From Marsupella aquatica (taxonomy: Eukaryota > Plantae > Marchantiophyta), in assembly GCA_973895155.1 (NCBI GenBank), contig OZ316891.1, forward strand, positions 5,179,708 to 5,243,707: a stretch of DNA of 64,000 nt. Direction: 5' to 3'. The translations under genes and the position numbers were made by a program. A model generated the notes under the pieces. It made no database searches. It saw only the letters and a program-made list of their open reading frames with translations, and was not told the origin of the DNA. Positions 38,074 to 48,700 of this stretch are shown here, one piece after another; the first letter of the stretch is position 1, and every line of letters starts with the position of its first letter.

Positions 38074-38929
38074 GATCCTGGCTTGATCAAGTCCCTAGCT
38101 CTTCTTCCGACCCTCAATCGATCCCTCTTCGCCACCAGCTGACTAAGACTCCGAGTACACAACCAGAAGAGAAAGGTACACACGAACGAAAAACGCCCTC
38201 CGATGACTGTCCCAAATCGAAGTCCCAGCGAGCCTGAAATTCGTCACAACACGTGAGTTCCCGATCAAAACCTGATTTGCGACAACAGTGAAACGACGAT
38301 TTCGTTTGCAATCAAAAGCCCTGACGACTGCCCATTCTAGACGGCGAAGGCCTCACTCATGTAATCCTCTTCAATGTTCGCAAGACAGAATTTCTCGAGC
38401 AGAGTGACTAACTTGCCAAATCCAACAACGGCAGACTGAAATGTCAATCAGCCCGGAATCTAAGACCAGAGTGGTGATCAATTCTTACAATCCTCGCTCA
38501 AAATCTTCGCCTGCCGTGAATTTTCCAGCTACAGGCTGATCAGCAAACATTCACAACCAGCATAAACTCTAGACTGAGGCAGCAGCTGCGATCGGATTAG
38601 ATTGATTCTGGACTCCGGCCCGAGAAATTGTTCGTTCCCCTGTGCAAGTAATGAGTGCGCGCTCTGAATGGCGATCGATTCATATAATGACTGGAGATGT
38701 TCGTGTGAAGAAAAAAAGTGGGTTGATCGGTGGAATGGAGGGGGATGTTCAGCAGGAGTGGAGAGCAAACCCTCGAGGGGAAAAGGAGGGGGAAGAATGC
38801 GAGGAGATGCATGGAGGAATACGAGTTGTCACCACGAAACGTCGGCACGTGGAGTTCCACTGCCAGCATGCGGCCACGTTCGATTTTCTCACAGGGGGCC
38901 GTTTCCGTCAGAGCCAGCCCCCTCTTTTC

Positions 38930-39430
38930 TGTTTTTGCCGTGCCCGCGGGCAGGTTCTGGGTGCCCCGAGGTGGGGCTGCTCGGAGAAAGTTATTCATTA
39001 TTATTTTTCCTTGCCCCAGGGCAGGAGGGGGGTGCCATGTGGAGAGCGAGCAAGAGTTACTTCTTTTTCCGCCGTGCCCGTGGAGACGGAGATGGGTGCC
39101 CGTGGGCAGGGAACTGGGGAGAGTTTATTTCATTTTTTTACCTTGCCTGCGGTCAGGAGAGAGTCGGTAGACTCTTATTTCTCTTTGCCTTGCCCACGGG
39201 CAGGAATGAGTGCCCTACTTAGAGGGAGCCGAAGGTTACGAAGTATTTCTTTCCTTGCCTTGCCCGCGGGCATTATAGAGGTGCCCACGGCAGAGTCAGC
39301 AGAAAATTATTCCTCTCTTCCCTTGCCCACGGGCAGGAGATGACTGCCCTCGGAAGAGGGGATCCGAAATTTATTCAGTATTTCTTTATTTCTTTGCCAA
39401 GCCCTTGGGCAGCAGATTGGTGGCCTGGGA
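38930..39430. repeat. Degenerate ~60-70-bp repeat array with palindromic TGCCC(A/G)CGGGCA cores
   Basis: About eight copies of pyrimidine tract + ttgccc.cgggcagga...gtgccc, separated by variable sequence. Confidence 0.7.
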
Positions 39431-39702
39431 GAGAGAGAGTATGGACTAATAGGGGGTGTCCAAGCTGACCCATGCAGTCCTCAAAGTAGACCGGATCACA
39501 TTAGGCCTGGTTGTGGTAGGACACCATCAGTGAAGGCTGTGTGAGTTGTGTTCCTGCTTAGTAGGTAGCCGGCCATGGCCCAAGTATTCCTCACTTATCT
39601 TGCATGACTTTATGATACATCAACAAGCTGTGTCCCTCCCCATCCATCCTCCTTGAGCATTGTCTATGAGGTTAACCGCAGGGGCTGGTCGTCCAAATTA
39701 CA

Positions 39703-39903
39703 GTACATGTCTTTCATGCAACACTCATGGCTCATTCCCCAGAAGATTGAATCTCTCTGCACAACCTCTCTTCAATAACTTATTAATGGGTGTCAAGCTG
39801 GCTGCGGTTTTGGGTTTCTAATAAGTTCTCGAGAAGAGGTTGCTCCGGGGAGATTCAATCGCCGGAGGGGATGAGCAATGCGTGTTGCATGAAAGACATG
39901 TAC
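39703..39903 (+). other. Long imperfect fold-back (~83-bp arms, ~30-nt loop); candidate hairpin/miRNA precursor or MITE
   Basis: Left arm gtacatgtctttcatgcaacactcatggctcat...aacttatta pairs with taataagtt...atgagcaatgcgtgttgcatgaaagacatgtac. The outer 22 bp are perfect. Confidence 0.7.
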
Positions 39904-42580
39904 CACGAACAATGCCCAGCTCCCATGCATGTACACTTCAGTGTTAGTCTGTGAATGAGACATGCTCATGGATGGGACCTGCTGTAGCCTGGACAAGGGT
40001 GCAAGAGAACTGGCTGCTGCCGGTGAGTTTTGGGGGGTGTGGCCTTTTAGCCTGAGACGTGTCAGCTTCCAAAGCCTGCAAGGGTACAGTGACTATAGCA
40101 GGTGACACCTCTCAGGGTGGCTTTACAAGTAGGCGGCACTTTTGACTTTTTTACACCAAAACAAACCCAAGAGACACTTCTTGCTCTTGTACTGTAGATT
40201 CCAGACCAAAAATAGATTGAAAATGAAGTTCAACAAAAGCAACCCTTGAATGAAGGAGCCAGCTTGGAAATGTTTGGAACACATCTAAAGGTGGTCCCAG
40301 ATTCTAGACAAACTAGATACTCCACATTAGAATGGGTCCCCAATTCTTGTAAAGTCCCAGATTTACTCTTGGAGGTAATAAAACAAATCAATGGGCCCCA
40401 GTGTCTTGGGATACAAAGGGTAACTGATCACCAGTTGCAATTGTGAGCATATTCTAAAGTTAAAATGCCTAAGCCAAAATGTGTCAGGTCTGGAGAAACT
40501 AAATGCAATATCCAAGTAGAAATGGACCAATCTGTATAGACCACCTTCAGTTTTTTATAAACTAGAATGGACCCACAAGGCGCCTACTAGCAGCATTTGT
40601 AGGATAGTAATATTTTTGTCAGATTTTGCCCCAAAGCTCGTGTAAAGTGAAGTTTTATCTGTTTCCAGATTTGAATGGCTAGGATTTCATGTCAAACATA
40701 GTAGAAAAAGACTTGTCTCCAAAGTTCTTGTAAATTCCACCCTCATCCATGCCTGATCGAGTATTGTCAAATTTCCAAGCCTGGTGTCATTTTAGGGTTT
40801 GGATGCTTTAACCTATTAAAAGTGTTGTTGTACTAAGACTAACCAAAATAGCATACAAATTCAATGTTTATTCATAGCTACTTATGATCAATATCTAATA
40901 TTTATATCTATTGGTGATCAAGGAATGGGTCATCCGGGCTAGTCAATTAAACACCTAAAGTATTGTGGTAACAAACACCTCAAGTACTGTGGTGACAAAC
41001 AGACAGCAAATTATCTCGAGTTTTTGTCTCTTTAGTTAATTAAGAGAACCACAACCTTTGGGCACATGAGCACAACAAATTGGCAAGTGAACAGAACAAC
41101 AGTAGACAGAATGGTCTCCAGTTGTTTGCCAATGAAACCATGAAGAAGAATGTCACAGATCTACTCATCATGGTGAGGCAGCGGGGAGAATCGAGCTCCA
41201 GCTGCTGCCAGGATGATCGGGAGTGCAATGAATCAAGTGGGTTGCAATTGTAGCACAAGATATATATATCAGACTGCCAAAAGGCAAAAAATGCCAAACC
41301 GGGAAACAAGATCCCAAAGGCAAAGCAACCCATAGAAGGGGGGGAAAAGAGGGGAAAGGGCCCCAAGGAAAAACAAGCCAAGGGGTCCCAGACCAAAAGC
41401 CAACAAAAATGAAACGTATGAAGAAACCATGAAGGCCCTACTGAGCAGAGAACTGAAAATCCTGGTAGAGTTATGTCAAGAGTAAACCGCAAAGGAGGGT
41501 CCTGAAGCAGAACCTAGCGGGAGGCCCTAAAACCAACTGCCTCAACCCTACAAGGGAGGGTGAAAGCCTGGGCCCGCTGAAGAGCCACAGACACCTGCTG
41601 CCGAAACAGGAGCGGCCAGACGAGGATCATCAACACAAGGTCCCACTGCCCCCAGACCCGGCACCAGGCAGCCAAACCCCCACAAACGGCCACCGGGCAG
41701 CAGGTCACACGAGAAAGGGAGTAGAGCGAAATGCCACGCCAACGGCTCCGAGGCAAAGCCACAAGTGACAAACCAGACGGCAAACCCTCAAATCTTAGAC
41801 TAGAAGAAACACTACCCCCGGATCCGAAACTGCGCGGCACCCGAACAATAGCATGGCACCCAAACAGCAGTGACACCCGAACAGTTGCGGCCAGACAAAG
41901 ATCACTAATGCAAGGGCCCAAGGCACCACAGATTGGACACCAGCAACCCAAACCCCCACCCCGGCCACCCATGCTGGGTCACTTAGGAAAGGGAGTAGAG
42001 TGAGAAGCCCCGGCAACGGCACCAAGGCGAGTCTGCACAAAACCCGACGGTCAACAAATGAAACATCAGAGAGCGCAAGGAGAATGAACACGTGTCAGGC
42101 CAGGATTGGGGCCGGCCGCATGCACGGCCACCAATCCCGAAAGAGGCCGGGGGGGGGGGGGCGCGAGGTCACCCCCGGCGAGTGACCCCCGAATTAAATG
42201 CTCCTGCCAAGTGGGAGGCTCCCCTTGCACCGCGCCCCACAGCGCCAGGCCCCAGTAGCGCTCGGCCTCGTCAGTGCATGGCCCGGCTCCCCCTCCGCTC
42301 CGTTAAGGTCGTCAGGGTGGTATTTTGCTTTTGGGGCTTTAGGCTGCTGCCACATTAGCACTTTTGGCCTTGATGATATCTCATTAAAAAACAACCATAT
42401 ATTTATACGGTCTACAATCTGACCGCTTTTTCTCTTGAGGTAGATGCATATGCGGAGTGCGGGGCGGAGTGTTTGGGACAGCGGTTCCAAATTCAAAATC
42501 CAGATAAACTGAGTCTTGTAATGAAAGATGAAAATACTCAGAGAACTTTGATATATCAGTGTTTCCGACCTTAACGAACA

Positions 42581-42709
42581 GGTAAAGACCGGGGCTAATC
42601 TCTTAATGGGATAAAAAGTCTTCCATATATACGGTCTCCCTGCATACGCGGTTGACTATATATACGACCATCTTTATATCCCATTAAGGGATAGCCCTGG
42701 TCCTTAACC
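42581..42709 (+). other. ~130-nt imperfect fold-back; candidate hairpin RNA or small MITE
   Basis: ggtaaagaccggggctaatctcttaatgggataaaaag pairs with ctttatatcccattaagggatagccctggtccttaacc. Confidence 0.65.
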
Positions 42710-42848
42710 GTATACATCTCCACCTCCACTCCCCTCAACTCCGTCTTCGCTCCGCCTCTGTTTCCGCTCCGCTCACTCCTCAAACTTCAAGCGGATAGAG
42801 CAGAGAGTGACGAAAAGGCTTCACAACAATTCTCTTCACTCTTCACTG

Positions 42849-44636
42849 TTTTTGTTTTTTTGGTCTTAAAAAGGAAATGGGGAGTAAGTACAATTAGACT
42901 CCCCCCGTGTGACACTTTTTCTGTAGGGAACCCAGACCAGGGTGAGCCCCAAGGGATCTGACAGGACCCGCACCAGGCAAGAGAGAGTATTAAATCAAGG
43001 CCACAAAGTGGGCATCCAGGGGTCGTGCAGATAATCAGAATTCCAATCCACTACTCACAAAACCTATCTCACCCACACACATATACACTCCACACGAGTG
43101 TGTGGAGGGGGGATTGAACCTGGGAGCCCCAAGGGATTCTATAGGACCTGCACCAGGCAAGAGAGAGTATTAAATCAGGATCACAAAGTGGGTAACCAGG
43201 CATCCAGGGGTCGAGCAGATAATCAGAACTCCAATCCACTACTCACAAAACCTATCTCACCCACACACATATACACTCCACACTAGTGTAGTGGAGGGGG
43301 GATTGAACTTGGGAGCGAGCAGATAATCAGAACTCCAATCCACTACTCACAAAACCTATCTCACCCATGTGCACACATATACACTCCACACTAGTGTATG
43401 GAGGGGGGATTGAACTTGGGGCGACTCACAAAACCTATCTCACCCACACACATATACACTCCACACTAGTGTAGTGGAGGGGGGATTGAACTTGGGAGCG
43501 AGCAGATAATCAGAACTCCAATCCACTACTCACAAAACCTATCTCACCCATGTGCACACATATACACTCCACACTAGTGTATGGAGGGGGGATTGAACTT
43601 GGGGCGACTCACAAAACCTATCTCACCCACACACATATACACTCCACACTAGTGTAGTGGAGGGGGGATTGAACTTGGGAGCGAGCAGATAATCAGAACT
43701 CCAATCCACTACTCACAAAACCTATCTCACCCATGTGCACACATATACACTCCACACTAGTGTATGGAGGGGGGATTGAACTTGGGGCGACTCACAAAAC
43801 CTATCTCACCCACACACATATACACTCCACACTAGTGTAGTGGAGGGGGGATTGAACTTGGGAGCGAGCAGATAATCAGAACTCCAATCCACTACTCACA
43901 AAACCTATCTCACCCATGTGCACACATATACACTCCACACTAGTGTATGGAGGGGGGATTGAACTTGGGAGCCCCAAGGGATCCTACAGGACCTACACCA
44001 GGCAAGAGAGAATATTAAATCAGGATCACAAAGTGGGTAACCAGGCATCTAGGGGTCGAGCAGATAATGAGAACTCCAATCCACTACTCACAAAACCTAT
44101 CTCACCCACACACATATACACTCCACACGAGTGTGTGGAGGGGGGATGCCTGGGTCGAGCAGATAATTAGAACTCCAATCCACTACTCACAAAACCTATC
44201 TCACCCACACACATATACACTCCACACGAGTGTGTGGAGGGGGGATTGAACCTGGGGAGCCCCAAAGGATCCTAGAGGACCTGCACCAGGCAAGAAAGAA
44301 TATTAAATTAGGATCACAAAGTGGGTAACCAGGGTCGGATTCCTATCCACTACCCACAAAACCCATCCCACCCACACTCACACACATGTACACTGGATCC
44401 TAGAGGACCTGCACCAGACAAGAGAGAATATTAAATCAGGATCACAAAGTGGGTAACCAGGGTCGGATTCCAATCCACTACCCACAAAACCCATCCCACC
44501 CACACTCACACACATGTACACTCCACACCCATTGTGTGATGGGATTGAAATGTGGAGGGGGAATTGAAATATGGAGGGGAATTGAACCTGGGACCTCTCA
44601 ATTTCAGGCAAATCCCCTAGCCAATTGACCTAAGCC
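42849..44636 (-). mobile_element. tRNA-derived SINE-like element with an internally amplified satellite
   Basis: Minus-strand head GGCTTAGGTCAATTGGCTAGGGGATTTGCCTGAAATTGAGAGGTCCCAGGTTCAATTCCC (44636-44577) has A-box-like TAGGTCAATTGG and B-box GGTTCAATTC. Possible A-rich tail at 42849-42861. No TSD found. Confidence 0.55.
42945..44590. repeat. Complex satellite with an exact 183-bp period core (~43240-43970) and diverged flanking units
   Basis: gattgaacttgggag recurs at 43301, 43484, 43667 and 43850. Units contain actcacaaaacctatctcaccca and the hairpin ctccacac..gtg(t/a)..ggag. Confidence 0.93.
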
Positions 44637-45751
44637 AATTCGTTTTCGAATACCCCATTGAAGACGACGTTGTCGAGCCTCCGTAGATGACTATCTCGGG
44701 TTCTGTCGAGGTTCCTGCACAAGAAACGAGACATCTCCATTGAATTTCTCACTTCCTGGTTTTGGAAAGACTCGGAGTGAACAGAAGCTCCGTCTCCCGA
44801 ATACGACATTTTCTATTTCAATTGCCTTGGTCTTCTCCTTCAGATTACGTCTCAGCTTCTTTTGAGCAATCGAAGCAGGCAGGCATCGTGCATCGATTGC
44901 CAGTGATACCAGTGTTTCTCTATTCAGACTTACTCCTACCATCCTCTCTGTTAGTCTAAAATCGAGATCTTCAAGACTCATTGAGACTGCCCAGTAACAG
45001 TCCAAGAGAAAAAATAGTAGGTTCTCTCTAAGTGAGCATCACGTCCTCACAAACAGAGAAAATCTTTTGGCAGCTTGATTCGTACTTCGACTTGCAAGTC
45101 TACAGTGTCAATGCTCAGTCGCGTACACCTGAAACAAGGAGAGACAGACGGCGCATCTCAGCTATGATGGTCAGGCTGAGCAGGAATGATGGTCAGGCCG
45201 AGCGCGAGAGGAAGCCTCTCAAGTTCTCTTCTCGTTCCCCCAGTCTCTGATTCATGGAGGATCACCTTCGTTGGTCTGGAATTTGTGTAGAGCAAAGGAA
45301 GACGAGACTCTGTGCTCCCGGAGTGATCGTGTCTAGAAGCAGGAGAGATTTTAAAAGGTCACGGTGGATTGTAGAATGTTGGTAGAGAGAGAGAGAGAGA
45401 GAGGCAGGCCCGATCGGGCATTTTGAGTACTAAGAGAAAGGCGGATTGTGATTCATTTCTGCTTGCTTTCGTTTTCTCTCTCTGCCAGAGTGATGAGCTC
45501 TTTCAATTCTGTAGTCCTTTCTTGTGTCACGGGCAACTTCACAAGGAGCGACTCGAGGAAGGACCGCATCCTATTGATGAAAACGTGATCAATCAAGGTC
45601 TGGAAACAGAGAGGGAAAAATATGTCGTTGTAGGAGTGAATGGAATTTGTCAATGGTGAACACAAAACAGTTGAAGATTTGGATCGCGACGGGAACTACG
45701 ACGTTGCGGTGAAAAAGAGAAGGAAGAAAGGAAGAGAGGTGTGGTATCAGC

Positions 45752-48700
45752 ATGGGAGTCCAGGGGTTGTGGGAGCTGCTGACTCCAGTAGGTCGCCGCG
45801 TATCGGTGGATGCTCTGGGAAGCCGAAAGTTGGCGATTGGTAAGTGGTTGTGCAAATTTTCAGCAGCAAGTTTCAGATTGTAGTCCTCTCTCTGGATTTA
45901 ATGCACTGTGTTCGATTAATCTAGCATCTGGAGGAGTTGGCAAGCCAGCTGATCGAACTGTAGCGGAATTCTCTGTGGAAAATTAGCCCACTCGCTGTGT
46001 TCTGCTACTTTGATGGCTTCAAAGGCTTTCGCATGGGTCTGGCTTGATTCGACAGTGCCCATATGGTCTCGTTACGCTTGAATCGTCGCTCACTTGGATC
46101 TCTGTCTATCAATAAAGACCTAGTGGAAATCCTCTCGGATGATGACTTTGTCGGAGGAAGAATTGATGAACGAGCAATCTCTGGACTCGGCTTTGACTTC
46201 AAGCTTAACCTCAATGTAGAAATCCCCGGAAAATTCTATCACGCAGCTCGTTCTAATTCGTGCATATTTGTAGAATTTTCGATTCTTTACCTGCATGTGA
46301 CAAAACAGATTTGCTATTTCGTCATGCTTTCGAAATTTTAACGATTCGATAAATTTCTTATTGGCGGATGCCGTATCAATGACTCTCACAATCGTCTTCG
46401 ACATTCTGACTTCTGAGATGATGGCCACTGAAAAAGAGGACAATGTCTACCAGCTTAGGTTGAGCTGTTTCAAAAATATCCATTTGAAATGTGTTCAAGC
46501 GGCCTCTATTTTATTCGTGCAGATGCAAGCATATGGATTATTCAGTTTATGAAGGCGATGCGTGATGACAAAGGGGATATGATCAGAAATGCTCATTTGC
46601 TGGGGTTTTTCCGCCGAATATGCAAGCTTTTGTACCTTCGGATAAAGCCGGTGTTTGTATTCGATGGAGCTACTCCAGCTCTGAAACGAAGAACTGTTAT
46701 AGCAAGGCGCAGGCAGCGTGAGCAGGCTCAATCCAAAATTCGTAAGACTGCTGAGAAGCTGCTTCTTAACCATGTGAGCTTGGCACTATTGAAAGCCCTC
46801 TTTACAGATGGGCCTAAACATCAGCATTTCACCTTTTATTTGTTTTGAAAGCCAGTCAATATGATTTCCAGTTCGCCAGGTCACAGACTCGCTGATCTAT
46901 TGTATCAGAAGGGGCAGTTGTGTGTGAGAAAGAGGACAGCGGTCATAAATCAATAAAATCAGAAGCTAGTTGTCAGTTGCCTCCAGTATAGATGGTGTTT
47001 GCAATGTTCACATAATATTAGAGTCAGAGTTGCTGTTCCAGGATCCACTTTTAGATGAATACTTCCATAGGTTCCGACGGTTCTGTTCATTGTCCACGCT
47101 GACCTAATTTGCGAATTGTAGCTCGAATATTCCAATTTCAAATAATTGTTCCAATAGTCCACTCTTTTGAGTTTCTGCTCAGATATTATTGGTCACTGTA
47201 TTATGGATTACCTCAAACAATTCTTCATCGGCAAAGAATATTAGACCAAGTTGGCTTCCTGAGAAGTGTCATGATTACAATTAATGGTAGGATGCTCAAC
47301 TTGATGGTTCTGGGTTTTCCTTGCAGCTTCGAACTCGGAAATTGGAAGAGATCGCCACAGATATCAATTTGGGTTCACAATCCAAGAAAAAGATAATTGG
47401 ACATGTCGAGCAAACGCAAGCTGATGATAGTAAGGCTGAAGAAAAGTCCGGGACCAATTCACAAATTGACTTATCTGGTCTCTCGTCTTCTCATGACAAG
47501 TATGACCAAACGGCAACGGATGCCCTGTAAGTGTGCTTTCGGGCCTCTCTCTGAGAAGATTGTTCGGACTTTATGTTTCGTTTTCGTAGGTATCAGGTTG
47601 TTTATCAAGGCCATGTGTAGCACTGGTGGGTGGACTGCTTAGAGGATTTATTCAACTTGATGCGTGGAAACATGTTTCTTCTAGATTGGCTGCATCACTG
47701 GCAGCAGATTATGGAGAGAATCTTGAGAATGGTAGGGGATCACAGGATGGAAGTGAAGAAGGAAGCGATGAGGACGATGATGGTGAAGAGCAGCTAATAC
47801 TGGTACGCCATTGAGTCCTTTGGTGCTTTCTTGAACCTTTTCCCCTAAGGTGGATTCTTTTGAGGTTATCTTGCCTTGTTTACTACAAGACACCAACTAC
47901 ACAGCTGCAACTTGTTTTTCCCTCTCGTTTCCATTTGGCAGTTTAGTCTCAATTCATCTTTGCTGTGATTTGCTTTTCATGCATTGCTTGGGTAGGTCTC
48001 TAAGCGGAGCAGGCTTTCTCTTTTTCCCGTGCAGCCAGCTGTCAAGGGACTGGATCCATCAGTCCTGGCATCTCTTCCGCCATCGATGCAGTTGGATCTT
48101 CTGGTTCAGGTCTGTGAACGTGCTTTCACTCTCGGGTTTAGTGGTAGTCATCGGAGGCTAATTTCATAACCATTTAAGTTTATAGGTGTTTATTTGTGGG
48201 ATGTAGTGCCTTAAGGCTCGTTCTCTTGTGCAGATGAGGGAGCAACTTGTTATGGAAAATCGTCAAAAATTCCAAAAGGTCGCTAAGGTAAAAGGAACAA
48301 TGTTCTTTCCGTACGAGTGTGAAGGTCTGGTCTGATCACTGTTACCATTTGTTTCTTAACAGTGTCCAACATGTCTCCTGGCAGCTCTCTAGTGCACCGT
48401 AGATAAGTGCTTATCTAATATCACAGCACAATATCTCAGTTTTGCAACAGTAATAAGGCACGATGCTCAACTTCAGGCACTGTAATGATCATGCCTTAGG
48501 GCACTTCCGTTGAAGGTCAGGAGGATTGCACATTTCGAAGGGTTCTTCTAATGACTCAGTGTGCACTGTTTCCTTCCCGAGTTATGTATGTTCAGGTGTC
48601 TGCAATCATAGCATCACAAATTTGATGCTTCCAATGTATGGCACTGATTACTGTTCTCTTAATTCTTACAGGTCCCGTCATCATTTTCGGAGATGCAAAT

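Noticed and set aside
38597-39343. Overlapping ORFs of 133-233 aa
   Set aside because: They run through a GC-rich repeat array open in several frames, with no domain similarity.
38930-39430. Palindromic repeat plus variable spacer as a CRISPR array
   Set aside because: Repeats are too degenerate and short, spacers share pyrimidine tracts, and there is no leader or cas gene.
41040-42496. Multiple 60-150 aa ORFs in a strand-skewed A/C-rich tract
   Set aside because: Low-complexity translations with no RT, endonuclease or transposase motif; possibly a retroelement remnant, but unsupported.
44570-44636. Functional tRNA-Phe gene
   Set aside because: Acceptor and anticodon stems do not pair properly, and the sequence runs into satellite DNA; better explained as a SINE head.
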